This document shows positions 1-12,749 of a DNA stretch of 64,000 bases, one piece after another. Source of the DNA: Eledone cirrhosa (taxonomy: Eukaryota). The stretch spans positions 307,706,001 through 307,770,000 of the forward strand of contig OZ024742.1 of NCBI GenBank assembly GCA_964016885.1, given 5' to 3'. Every line of letters begins with the position of its first letter. The stretch's first letter is position 1. The notes under the pieces are model-generated. The model was not told where the DNA came from and searched no databases. It saw only the letters and a program-made list of their open reading frames with translations. Made by a program: the position numbers and the translations under genes.

Positions 1-707
1 CTTTTTAAATGTAATATGGAGTGATATGAATGAGATTTAGATGCTATTTCTTGCAGCTCGAGTGGCTCCAGAAATTTACTTCATGTTTAGTGATATGTCT
101 AATGTGACAAACGTTCTGTAGTGTGGTTGACATCTTTGATGTTCTGATGTGCTGAAAATGTGGTTGGTATACACTCACTAATGTATAGTAGGTTTCTTAG
201 TGACACTTCTGCCCGAGGATCAAAGATTATGTTATCTCTAAGTATGTCTATTGAACAGAGGAGCTTTCGTTTAATGTAATATAATTAGAAATTTGAGTGG
301 TGCAGCTAGATTAGCAAGACTACTAAAACATAGCATATCACGCAGTAGGATCTGGCTATCATAATACTTTTCAGAATATAACAACCAATATTTCACAATA
401 ACATCCTCGCACCCTACCACATATACACTCCCGCACCACATTGTACTCTACTACCAGCCACACCATGTGTGATATAGATATCTTCTACTGCTAGCCACGC
501 TGCGTGTGAAACTCGAATACTACTCACACATTGTGTGATACCGATATCCTCTACTAGCAGCTATATCGCGTGTGATATAGATATATAGATATCCTCAAAT
601 ACCAACCACAACTTGTGTGTCAGCCACATACTTTTGTTTATCAGATTATTGTCTAAGATGCGAATCATTCTCACCCAATAAAATGCTGAAAGAAATGTAA
701 GAGAAAA

Positions 708-903
708 ATAATTGCTTCTATTTTTGGCACAAGGCCAGCAACTATCCCAGTGCGTGACTGGTACTTTATTTTATCGACCTCGTAAGGATGAAAGTCAAAG
801 TTAACCTCGGCGGGATTTGAACCCAGGCCGTAAAGGGGCGTAACTCTATGCTGAAAAGCATGGCATCCGACCTTCTGCCGATACTGCCATTCCACCACCC
901 CTA
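708..903 (-). mobile_element. tRNA-derived SINE, family S1 (Deu/Nin-like core)
   Basis: Reverse complement reads GGTGGAATGGCAGTATCGG (A-box-like)...GGTTCAAATCCCGCCGAGG (B-box)...CTTTCATCCTTACGAGGTCGATAAAATAAAGTACCAG...GCTGGCCTTGTGCCAAAAATAGAAGC. More than 10 similar copies occur in the window. Confidence 0.85.
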
Positions 904-974
904 AGTAAGAGAAAATAATAATAAGAAGAAAAACAACACCAAGAACGGCAATAATAACTTTCTCTAGTATTCAG

Positions 975-1580
975 TTGCTAGGTGCAGTCCTGCTCCCAGA
1001 GGCTCAATATATCACGTAAGATGCTAGTAGTGTTGGTGATGGTAGTAATTAGGGCACTCCCTACGAAGTCCCGGATTCCAAGGCAATTCATAAGACACTT
1101 AAGATGTTTAAGGACCATGCCATACGTCCCTATGGCGAGTGGTACGACTTCTGTCTCTACATGACGACCAATTCTAATAGTGGCTGCAAGATCTGCATAC
1201 TCATTAATCTTTTCCATTTCCTTTTCAGCCACATTGTGATCTTGAAGGATTTCAGGCAAGATTCAAGAGGAGTATGTTCGTACCACTAACATTCCATTTC
1301 TATGTTGTATTTTTTGGACAACTCCCAAGGACTCTTTTTACTATAAGGTCATGTCGGATTTTGTTCGTTTTTTTTTTATTTTTTGCTACTTACTCACATC
1401 CACTTGCAATATGTGCCACAGATTAGTCTGTTTTATGGTATCCTCTGCAGAGTGGAGAGAAATTTAGTCCATCGATGTTAGCTTTCACCCAATTGGGCCT
1501 GAGTCCCTGGTCTTGTGCGGCAGTAATAATAGCCCCTGTGCTCTTTTTAACCCAACCTGATCTAAGGCAAAACCAAGAAC
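975..1580 (-). mobile_element. Degenerate R4/Dong-like RLE non-LTR retrotransposon 3' fragment (family D)
   Basis: Minus strand translates to LRSGWVKKSTGAIITAAQDQGLRPNWVKANIDGLNFSPLCR and KEMEKINEYADLA...VVPLAIGTYG...SILRDILSL, matching the AQDQ / CRxC / K..KYxDL / IPxVxGxLG pattern of the neighbouring RLE copies. Frameshifted. Confidence 0.7.
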
Positions 1581-1586
1581 TAGGAT

Positions 1587-1587
1587 C

Positions 1588-1621
<34 letters not shown>

Positions 1622-1635
1622 GCAGCAGCAGCAGC

Positions 1636-1710
<75 letters not shown>

Positions 1711-1746
1711 AATAATAATAATAATAATAATAATGATGATGATGAT
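1587..1746. repeat. (AAC)n/(AGC)n/(AAT)n/(GAT)n compound trinucleotide microsatellite
   Basis: Directly visible. Confidence 0.95.
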
Positions 1747-1948
1747 TTCTAGTATAGACCAGTAATTTGGGGGAGGGTAAAGTCGATTAAATCGACCCTA
1801 GTTCGTGACTGGTACTTTATTTGATGGACCCCGTAAGGATGAAAGGCAAAGTTAACGGCGGTATTTGTACTCAGATCATAAAAGGCCGTAACTCTATGCT
1901 GCAAAGCAAGGTGTTCGACGCTCTACCGTTTCTGCCAATCCTCCACCC

Positions 1949-1950
<2 letters not shown>
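1745..1950 (-). mobile_element. SINE family S1 copy
   Basis: GACTGGTACTTTATTTGATGGACCCCGTAAGGATGAAAGGCAAAGTTAAC core, same as 708-903. Confidence 0.8.
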
Positions 1951-1980
<30 letters not shown>

Positions 1981-1982
<2 letters not shown>

Positions 1983-2270
1983 CAGGACGATACCAGGACT
2001 TAAAGTGGGAGGTAAAAAGGATTTGGAACTGCCATGAAGTCAAAGTGATCCCGATTGTCATAGGCGCACTGGGGACTATCTCCAAAAGTTTCCAGGGATG
2101 GTTAAAGAAAATCGGCCCCTTCACGCTTTTTGGAATGCTTCAAAAGGCATGCTTGCTGGGAACAGCAAGAACCCTCCGATACGTCCTGAATATCTGAGGC
2201 TGCAGGTAGTGACTTGATATTCATTCCAACGGACTTTCCAGTTAACTAACATCAATGACTGAGATTCAAG

Positions 2271-2272
<2 letters not shown>
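1981..2272 (+). mobile_element. R4/Dong-like RLE retrotransposon extreme 3' fragment (family E), flanked by (AAT)n
   Basis: 1988-2197 translates RYQDLKWEVKRIWNCHEVKVIPIVIGALGTISK...LQKACLLGTARTLRYVLNI*, then a short 3' UTR and (AAT)n on both sides. This frame is not in the ORF track. Confidence 0.8.
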
Positions 2273-2351
<79 letters not shown>

Positions 2352-2352
<1 letters not shown>

Positions 2353-3197
2353 TTAACCCATCAGTGGTTGGCATCCTCTGGACTGAAATCGGAGACTGAA
2401 GGACTGATTATATCAGCACAAGATCAGTGTCTGCCAACAAAAAATTACCAAGCCAACATAATAAAAAATGGAAGCAGCCCATTATGCCGTGTATGCAAAA
2501 AACAACCAGAGACCATTGACCATATAATTTCAATGTGCAGTCCTATAGCTCCAACCGAATACCTAAACAGGCATGACAGAGCTGCACAATACATACATTG
2601 GATAATGTGTAAGCATTTTGACCTGCCCCATCAAAAGAATTGGTGGGAGCATCAACCACCTCCCATACTTGAAAAAGATCACATCTCAATCTTGTGGAAC
2701 TTTAGCATCCAAACAGACCGAAAAATAGATGCAAATAGACCTGATATAATATTGAAGGACTTTAAAAAGAGGGTATGCCTGCTAATTGATATGTCCGTTC
2801 CAATAGACAAGAATGTATCTATAAAAACATTTGAAAAATTGAGCAAGTATAAGGACCTGGAGATAGAAATTGGAAAAATGTGGAAATTGAGAACTAAAAC
2901 AATACCAGTGGTTGTAGGCGCTCCAGGAATGATACCTAAGGGGTCTAATGATTACTTATCGCAAATCCCAGGAAACCCGCGTATAGGAGAAATACAAAAG
3001 GTAGTACTAATGGGAACTGCCCATATAGTAAGGAAGATTCTGTCAATATAAGTACATCACAAGTCTAAACACCTAAAGATGCATGTGTGAGTATGTATGT
3101 TCTTTCTTGAACATGGCGGACCTTGTTGTCTCTTGAGGTCACTGGTTGTGACTTGGTGATAACTCGTATGAACATAAAGCAAGATAAATGCAGCTGT
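2352..3197 (+). mobile_element. 5'-truncated R4/Dong-like RLE retrotransposon (family B); ORF 2368-3051 with CCHC zinc knuckle and PD-(D/E)xK endonuclease
   Basis: SSGLKSETEGLIISAQDQ, CRVC...ETIDHIISMC, RHD, ANRPDII...LIDMSVP, EKLSKYKDL. 3' UTR ends in (AAT)n and the 5' end abuts (AAT)n. Confidence 0.9.
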
Positions 3198-3221
3198 AAT
3201 AATAATAATAATAATAATAAT

Positions 3222-3858
3222 GCTTTCTTAATTAACCACAAGGGTTTACATAAAGTAGACATTAAGGACTGTACAGGACAATACAGGACGGTACAAATGG
3301 GCATTTCTGCGTGTAAAAAACAAAAACAGAGGATGTAACAAAAAATAACAATCAAAAATTCCCCAATAGGGGGGAGACTTCGGGGGGACATTTGTGGAGA
3401 AAGCCCATTAAAAGGTCACAGTGAACCTGACCACCAGGGCAAGTGCCCTCTCCCAGTTTTCTACCTTTAATTTACAGACACATACTCAGTGTAGGCCTAT
3501 TCACTCGGGTCATTCTTGCTTCTCTCACCCATCTTTCAACAAAATGCTGGGAAGAGAGCACTTCCCTCTCTACTCTGATTTTCCTTTTCAAATAAAATTT
3601 GAAAAAGTCAATCAGGGCATCACCGAAGAGGTAAGTGCTCGTCTTCAGCCCTTTCAAACGTGTCCACCATACTATCTCTTTCGCCATGGCCACCAGACAG
3701 ATAAAAACTGCCTGCCCTTTCCGGCTAAAGGAAGAGGGCGGGGCAATCCTCACGATGGACTCAGCTGATAGCCGGATCCGTCCTACACGCGACACCAGGT
3801 GTTCGACATAAACGCACAAGTCAGCAATGCTCGGACACTGGACGAGTGCGTGCAGGAC
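3222..3858 (-). mobile_element. 5'-truncated Tx1-type LINE 3' end inserted in (AAT)n
   Basis: ORF 3472-3888 HALVQCPSIADL...AMAKEIVWWTRLKGL...RIRVEREVL...ERWVREARMTRVN is homologous to the ORF2 C-terminus at 47.8-48.2 kb. Both junctions are AAT repeats. Confidence 0.9.
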
Positions 3859-3870
3859 AATAATAATAAT

Positions 3871-5203
3871 AAAAAGAATCGACACCAAAGTCCGTAAGCT
3901 ACTGACCTGTAATAGGATGCACCACCCAAAAGCAGATGTGGATCGTCTTTACCTTCCTAGAACTCAAGGAGGCCGTGGCCTGATCCAATTTGAACTTGCT
4001 TACAAGACCACCATCATTGGACTGGCCAAATACCTTGAAACAACTAACGACTGTATGCTGAAATTTGTTGAAAAGCATGATAGAAGTAAGTAGCTTCATT
4101 CTATCTTGAAGGAGAGCAAAAAATATGCTACTGACCTCATGCTTGATACCCAGGCTGGACAGACTAAAGCAACTGTTGTAACTGAAGCTGCTAGGCACAT
4201 AAAATCACTGGCAAAAGCAAAAGGACAAGGACAATTAGCATCACATTGGGAGCAGAAACCTCTGCATGGCAAATATGTGGCCTGTAGCAAACAAGCTGAC
4301 GTTGACCAAAAGCACACCCATCAGTGGCTACGTAGTTCAGGGCTAAAGGCGGAGAGTGAAGGCTTCATCTTAGCTGCCCAAGACCAAAGCTTATTGACTC
4401 GTAATTACCAGGCCAATGTGATGAGAAAAGGAATAAACCCAAAGTGCCGATTCTGCAATGCTGAGGTTGAAACAGTGGATCACTTAGTCTCTGGATGTAA
4501 TATTTTAGCACCAGTAGAATACAAATATAGACATGACAGAGTTGGCCAATATCTACACTGGGTCGGCATTACAAAATCAAAGCTGAAGACAAATGGTACA
4601 ATCATCACCCTGAGGCTGCAACTGAAGGAGAAAAAGTAACAATTCTCTGGGACTTTCCTGTACATACTGACAGGACCATAAAAGCAAATAGACCTGACAT
4701 CATTGTAAAAGATCAATATATCAAGGTCTGTTTGTTGATAGATATGAGCATCCCATGTGATCACAATATCGCGGCAAAAGAATTTGACAAGCTACGAAGA
4801 TATAAAGATCTGTTTATTGAAATTGAGAAAATGTGGCACCTCAAGGCTGTTACAATACCAGTGATTGTGGGAGGACTGGGAATGATCAAGAAAGGAACAG
4901 AACAATATTTGCGAATGATTCCTGGTTTGCCCTCTCTGCACGAGGTGCAAAAAATTGTTTTGACTGGTACTGCACACGTATTGAGAAGAACAATACTTCT
5001 GTAAGATTGATATTCCTCCTTGTATTTACATATGCATATGCACATGTGTATGTATACTGTTTTTTATTTATTTTATTTTTTAAATTATAATCAATGTGCT
5101 GTATTAACTGGCTTACCAATGCACACTGTGAATTTATTTGCCCTAGGTGTCAGGAAGACACTCGGCATATATCTCAGAAACAATAATGAAATAAAATAAA
5201 AGT
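3871..5203 (+). mobile_element. 5'-truncated, frameshifted R4/Dong-like RLE retrotransposon (family C)
   Basis: HHPKADVDRLYLPRTQGGRGL, KPLHGKY, WLRSSGLKAESEGFILAAQDQ, CRFC...ETVDHLVSGC, RHD, ANRPDI, IDMSIP, RYKDL, IPVIVGGLG. Ends in (AAT)n. Confidence 0.9.
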
Positions 5204-5689
5204 AATAATAATAATAATGCAATGATAGTCGCAACAAGAATGGCAAAATCAATAGAGTGATCAATATTTAATGTTGGAATCGATGTCAAGAGATTATGAA
5301 GAAATGAAGTATGAGAAGAACTTTCGGATGTAGATCGATATGTATTTTTCCTTTTGTGTGATAATATTGTTAAGTTGAATCAAAGAATTGTTTTAGAAAG
5401 TGACAATGTCGGAAGGAAATCGTTGAAAGATTTATGTAAATACAAACCTCCTTCTGAGAAGTTTTTCACATTAGAACGGCTGGGAAAGATATAGCTTAAG
5501 TGAGTTTTAAAGACAAATTTCCAATAAGGTGTATAGTGTATAGAATCTTACAATCATTTGTAATAGTTCTGCTACTGTTTATTTGAAATAAATGACCTCC
5601 GGCTTATACCTAAGATGGATACAAATCCATACATATAAATATACACAATATCATAGTTATACAAAAGTATGTACATAAAGACACATACG

Positions 5690-5690
<1 letters not shown>

Positions 5691-5743
<53 letters not shown>

Positions 5744-5780
5744 GACACACACACACACACACACATACACACACACATAT
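5691..5780. repeat. (TC)n(AC)n microsatellite; one of dozens of (TA)n/(CA)n/(TC)n tracts across the window
   Basis: Directly visible. Confidence 0.95.
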
Positions 5781-6160
5781 ACAAAGTAATATTGTATAGA
5801 CGTACAAAGATCATAGATATACAAAAATATCAACATAAAGACATACGCACTCATACACACAGACACACACACATACACGCACGCACACAGTAATATTGAA
5901 GGAGATATTTTATGTAGATTCCTACAAAATCGGCCAAACATTAACTGAATAAGCACTTAACACAAGTGAGCAGAGTATAAGTTTTATTTTACGAAGAAAG
6001 GAATGGAAGGAACTCCAAAGTTTTGGTAAGTATTACCGTCGCACTTATCTTGAGATATATATATATACTTATCTATATATATATATATAATTATATATAT
6101 ATAAACGGAAAAAATGAAAATGTATACGTCTGTATACATATATGTATGTACGTATACATA

Positions 6161-6230
<70 letters not shown>

Positions 6231-6584
6231 AATATCCACGGTTAGTTGTGGGGTCTAGTCTGCATGAAGAACTCAATGTAATGCATATGTTTAAAATGTG
6301 TAGGTTAAAATAAATCCCGGAAAACAATAAAACATTGTCAAAATCAACGGCTGATGGAGGTAAATATATTCCTTATTTGATATTTTGTAACTAACCCTAC
6401 ATAGATCGATAACGAAATATGCGTACGATGTATTATTATCACCTAGAAACAATCGTAAAGCAGTGAAGTATATTTCTAATGACTTGAATTTTTATTTCAT
6501 TGTATTAACTTATATATATATATATGAATAAAGTGGTCCTTCATCAGTGATCTTCCAACCATCATCGGTATTACTTCGCTTTAA

Positions 6585-6628
<44 letters not shown>

Positions 6629-6673
6629 TTAAAGCGAAGATATACCGATGATGGTTGGAAGATCACTGATGAA

Positions 6674-6816
<143 letters not shown>

Positions 6817-6819
6817 TAT

Positions 6820-6850
<31 letters not shown>

Positions 6851-6852
<2 letters not shown>

Positions 6853-7121
6853 ACGAAGGAAATGTGGTAAGGAACCATATGGACCATAACGCACCAGAGT
6901 ACTCAATACTTAGGGTAGTAGTAGAGTGGGAAATAGGTAAAAGTATGACCCCGACGGCAGAGCTCAAGCCGTTTCGAAGGCTATTTCTGAAATACCCTTC
7001 GAAACGGCTTGAGCTCTGCCGTCGGGGTCATACTTGTTCCTATTACCCACTCTACTACCCTAAGTATTGAGTACTTTGGTGCGTTATGGTCCATCTGGTT
7101 CCTTACCACATTTCCTTCGTT
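6851..7121. mobile_element. Palindromic short element, family A (head-to-head arms, hammerhead 3' half at centre) in (TA)n
   Basis: 6851-6990 is the near-perfect reverse complement of 6990-7121. The sense arm begins CGAAACGGC-ttgagctct-GCCGTC-GGGG and ends ...CATTTCCTTCGTT(AT)n. Other copies at 12455-12640, 14224-14405, 34337-34415, 35863-36055 and 40527-40570. Confidence 0.8.
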
Positions 7122-7129
7122 ATATATAT

Positions 7130-7160
<31 letters not shown>

Positions 7161-7169
7161 CTGTATATA

Positions 7170-8084
7170 TATATAAAACTGAGGTTGTTTGTATGTCTGT
7201 CTGCTAAAACGGTCGGTACACATCTCATAAACCGTACGTTCAAATTTCGGTGAAATGTCTACACTTATAGATGAAGGTCCGGCAGAGACATCGGTCAAAT
7301 AAATTTTAAAATAGACCCACGCCAAGTGCAAAAATCGAATTTGTAATGTATTGATTTTTCAGTTAAAATGTATAAATACAGATGAGAGACGAGTTATTTG
7401 CCTTTTATGGCGTCATTCTGCTTATCTATTTACGTTACGTTAAACGACGCGTACAAAAATAAAAATATACCCGAAAAACTTTCAGGCCAGAAAAATTTTA
7501 ACCTGCAAAATTCATGAGTTCTAAATTTCAACATTAAGCTTCCATTTTGCTTCATTTCCATTAAAAAGTCTTTTAAAACAATATTTTTACTCGAAAACAA
7601 GCCTATTTCAATACACCGTAAAACAAGTAAATATTTTGTAAAAAAAAGCATTCATCTCGAATAAAGCCTTGTGAGATTTTCATTTAGAAGCAATGATTTT
7701 AAACGACAGACAGATAACGCATTTTTTTTTCTTTTTTCGTTTTTCATGTCCACCCAATTTCTTTGTTTCAAAATAACTGATAGTTTGGTTACGCTGATGT
7801 TTTTCTCTGAGACAAGTCTTGCAGTGTTTACATTTTCGATTTTTGTTTAATAGATTACCAGTGCAGTTTTCATCCCCAGCATCCTCTTTTGTTTTAACAT
7901 TCGGGTTATAGTTATGTTTTTTTAACTTCATAAGGCATAGTGTTGGTTGAGGGAATATTAATCAAAAGTACCACATGAAAGTCTACACTGTAGACTCTAC
8001 AGTTTTTAAGCCAAGAAAGTAACTTAACATTGTAACTTTAATACAGCTACTGAGCAGCCCGAGCAACGCCGAGTCTTACTGTTA

Positions 8085-8085
<1 letters not shown>
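7170..8085 (+). mobile_element. Non-autonomous Helitron
   Basis: 5' end TATATAAAACTGAGG resembles 58225 TATATAAAGCTGAGG. 3' end CCCGAGCAACGCCGAG...ACTGTTAG|T resembles the Helitron terminus at 61866-61893. Inserted in (TA)n. Confidence 0.7.
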
Positions 8086-8179
<94 letters not shown>

Positions 8180-8245
8180 TATATTTCTAATGGTAGCTAA
8201 GATGCGTCCATAGGCGGTATGCCGGTTGACCACTTTTACATACAC

Positions 8246-8338
<93 letters not shown>

Positions 8339-8400
8339 ATGTAAAAGTGCTCAACCGGCATACCGCCTACGGACGCATCTTAGCTACCATTAGACATATA

Positions 8401-8852
<452 letters not shown>

Positions 8853-8868
8853 CTACATATACATACAT

Positions 8869-8900
<32 letters not shown>

Positions 8901-9240
8901 CGAGCATGGCTTAGTGGTTAGAGCGTCGGCTTACAATCATAAGGTTGTGAGTTCCATTCTCTGACCGGGTTTTGCCTTGTATTCTTGAGCAAGACACTTT
9001 ATTTCACGTTGCTCCAGTTCCCTTAGCTGTATCGACCATTGCATTTTCTTTGGACAACTTCGGGGGAGAGGAGAGACTGGTGAGCATGGGTGACTGCTGG
9101 TCTTCCATAAACAACTTTGTCCGGACTTGTGCCTCTAGGTGCAAATCCCATGGACCGAAGGGAGTCAGACAGACATTTCAGCATGTCCTATCAGAAGCAA
9201 TCGTCTCCAAATGATCCTGCTGGATCCCTAAGCGAGACCA
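8901..9240 (+). mobile_element. tRNA-derived SINE, family S2
   Basis: TGGCTTAGTGGTTAGAGCG (A box), GAGTTCCATTC (B-box-like), then TTCTTGAGCAAGACACTTTATTTCACGTTGCTCCAG. Related pieces at 12188-12262, 17755-17860 and 36440-36570 (minus). Confidence 0.7.
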
Positions 9241-10357
9241 TTTTAGCTCATGGATGTTATCCAACCATCTTGCCCGAAATGAACCTTCTGGATTAACGAT
9301 TTGAAATACTTTCAATCATCGAACATCATCAGTATTATAAGGCCAAACATAAACGGAATTCAATACAAGGTAACATTAAGCAACACCTATGATATTTCAA
9401 AATCTGAGCACATGTGACATACAATTAAAAGACAAAAACAAAACATTTTGTCTCAGCGATTTCGGCACACACACATGATCAAACTGTAAACCAACTGAGA
9501 TAGACACAAAAATACTATTCTATGGCTGCAAGGAATTGGTTTCTTCTTGTTACAACGACTAAGTACAAACAAGTGCAGGAAAAATGTACATACACACACA
9601 AAGTGCATGCATACATACACACAAACTCAACGAAGCAATGAAAAATATGTGTTGGTTAAAGATTATTGACGGCAAAACTGACAGAATAGGCACGTAGTAT
9701 GACACAAGAAATGTTTACACGAACGGGACAAGCAAATCCATGGTCATCATCTGTTGAAATGGATTTCCACGACTGACGACCACGGGGTTGCTAGTCTCGT
9801 TGATCTAAACACTTTTGTGTCACCCTATGTTAGTTTTGTACTGCTATTTATATATATAAATATACCAATATAGTGGGGATTCATAATAGGAATGAATATG
9901 ATGGTATATACACTATGTTGATACACAATAAACATATAATCTCACTAAGTTTTAAGAAATGATATTTGTCATAGTTCTGATTAGATGTGAGAGAACTCCA
10001 GAGACTAGTCTTTAAGGATTTTTTATCCATCGTCAGTAACGTTTATTAACTTAATACTACGATTAGAATAAGCTATATCCTATATACCTATTACTTATAC
10101 AACATCTTCTGGGCAAGTTCATTCCCATATACCTCCTTGATATGGCTTGGATTAATTTTCAGTAATACTAACATAGCGGGTATCATATTGTATGTATATC
10201 TAACGACATATACGGCAGTTTTATGTATAATTAATATATACAGCTTTCACGATGGCTGATTCAGTTGTCATTATGTCATACCTATCTCAGTTACCCTGTA
10301 AAACACAAGGAATATGTATCTATTATAAAGGTGGAGTATAATATTTATTTATAGACA

Positions 10358-10512
10358 TGAGCATAGCTGTGTTATTAATGATTTCGATTTGTGTCCATGT
10401 GGTTTGGCGTTTGATATTGTCACGAATCACCTTTGTCTAGTGTCTTCTACTAAAGTCTCAGAAAGCCTTGTGGATGAAATTTCGTAGATGGAAACTGCAG
10501 AAACGTGTCATG
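10358..10512 (+). mobile_element. Degenerate SINE, family S3, ending in (TG)n
   Basis: AGTGTCTTCTACTA...AAAGCCTTGTG...GTAGATGGAAACTG. A reverse-complement relative lies at about 54375-54460. Confidence 0.5.
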
Positions 10513-12187
10513 TGTGTGTATGTGTGTGTGCATGTGTGCGCGCGCGCGTGTTTGTTTGTGTGTGTGTGTGCAAGCGGGTGTGCGTCCTATTATCCGTATC
10601 TACAACACTCACCCAGCATCTCATCCCTAAGCAATACCATCACCTCTCCACCAAGCGCCATAAATTTAGACTACATCTACTTTACAATCACAAGCTTTAC
10701 ATCACCAGCTGTACTGCTGCCATTACTACCTGAAAAACTAATTATAACGCCATTATCAGCGCTCACCATCGTTAGGAACGTTAACAACCATTAAATAACG
10801 CCAACACCATAACCATCTCTTACCCAGCACTGACACCACATACAGCAGCAGTATTAGCAGCAACGCCAAGGCCATTAACACCTTCACGTCTACTATCAAC
10901 TCCAACAGCACCGACATTTATTAACACACCCGTCAACACACCCGTCAACACACCCTTGAAATATCACCATCACTAACCATGCCACACACGACTGTTATAT
11001 TAGCAATTATCTAACGTCCAAATCGCTATCAACCTTTCATCTTAATCAACTTCTACAAACGAATAATACGAAAACAATACTGTGCAATGAATAAATATAC
11101 TCCACTTAAATGGCGCCATTAACGAGCTTGTTTTGTTTATATTCTTACTCTACTCACCAGTTTAATCGCCTGTGCTTTATCAGCCCATCTAATGATTTGT
11201 CCATCTGTCCATGCATGCTTGTGACCATCCAGCCGTCGTCTCCACAAATCCTTCATTTTAATCTTTGATATAACCAAACAGATTTCTATCTAGCTATTCT
11301 TCTGTTCATCTATTTATTCATTATTTCTCCATCCAATCTACAATCTATCTTAGCAACCAACCATCAATCGATCCAATGATTAGGACTGACCTTAGCCCAA
11401 AGAATAACAGCAACAGCCCATCCAACATAACAGTTATACATCTATAACTTATATTTAATTATCTTTCTACCTTAGTATCCTATAAAGTGTACTTACAATT
11501 ATTTACGGGTTCTGTTCATGCTAACCCTCTTGGGTGTAACAGATCTAATATTAAATATACAATGGATAGCGTTAACTGTTTTGTCACAGCACACACATGA
11601 TTGCAAAATTATTTTGCCACAGCACACACATAATTGCAATATCCGATCGCCAAAACAAATGATTATAGAAACCCCTCAGAAGCTCGAGAACTCAATCCAT
11701 TTCCTATCAGTATTGACATTCACAATATAAAACATTTGGTAAAAGCACTCACAACGAGGGACTTGACCTGTTAGAAATAGAATTAAATTACTTCGCAAAT
11801 GTCCCTGCATCTGAAATGGAGAAAGTGCGCATCGAATTAGAGAGAAGAATTATATGGTATTCAAAACACTGGTATGGTAAGATTGAAAAATAGACGACAT
11901 ACCCTTCCTGAAGCTCCACAAATTGTTAAATAACATATAACATGCAATCCAATGGTGAAACAATGCAATTTATTTCTATTGTTATTTACTAGTATATAGG
12001 TTAGTGTTCGACATGTTTGTATATATCAATGTTGTTGTATTATTATGGGAACATGCTTTCGGTCATTTTATTTTGTGTCACACTTTATTAACCTCTTATG
12101 TTTACTCTGGCTGAAAACGTAATACCATTTCACTCTATTGAGTGCTTTGTGATTGTCTGAAACAATTCGATTGGTATATAAAGTGAC

Positions 12188-12262
12188 AGCGGATGGCTGA
12201 GTGGTAAGAGAATTGGATTCGCAATCATGAGAATTGTGAGTTCGATTCCTGGAGCGGTCCGA
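12188..12262 (+). mobile_element. tRNA-like SINE head (family S2), not a functional tRNA
   Basis: TGGCTGAGTGG A box and GAGTTCGATTC B box; parallels the 8901 head; no convincing acceptor stem. Confidence 0.5.
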
Positions 12263-12284
12263 TTTGACGAAAGTTGATCGACCG

Positions 12285-12329
<45 letters not shown>

Positions 12330-12414
12330 ACAAACATAATAATTCGAAATCTGAGCATATGTGACACGGACAAGGGCAATACATTTTGCCTCAGTGAAAT
12401 CAGCACCCTACGCT

Positions 12415-12454
<40 letters not shown>

Positions 12455-12457
<3 letters not shown>

Positions 12458-12640
12458 AAGACGTTTTTTAACCCCGACGGCAGAGCTCAAGCCGTTTCGA
12501 TGGCTATTTCTGGACGTCGAAACGGCTTGAGCTCTGCCGTCGGGGTTAAACATCTTCCTATTAGCCAGTCTACTACCCTAAGTATTGAGTACCCTGGTGC
12601 GTTATGGTCCATCTGATTCCTTACCACACTTCCTTCGTTA
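12455..12640. mobile_element. Family A palindromic element (short left arm, long right arm)
   Basis: CCCCGACGGCAGAGCTCAAGCCGTTTCGA...TCGAAACGGCTTGAGCTCTGCCGTCGGGG; flanked by (TA)n. Confidence 0.8.
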
Positions 12641-12660
12641 TATATATATATATATGTATA

Positions 12661-12745
<85 letters not shown>

Positions 12746-12749
<4 letters not shown>

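Noticed and set aside
360-630. Degenerate ~60-bp tandem motif (CTACTAC..GCCAC..TGTGTGATA)
   Set aside because: Too decayed to define units or assign any function.
12188-12262. Possible tRNA gene
   Set aside because: A and B boxes are present but no proper cloverleaf; it parallels the SINE head at 8901.
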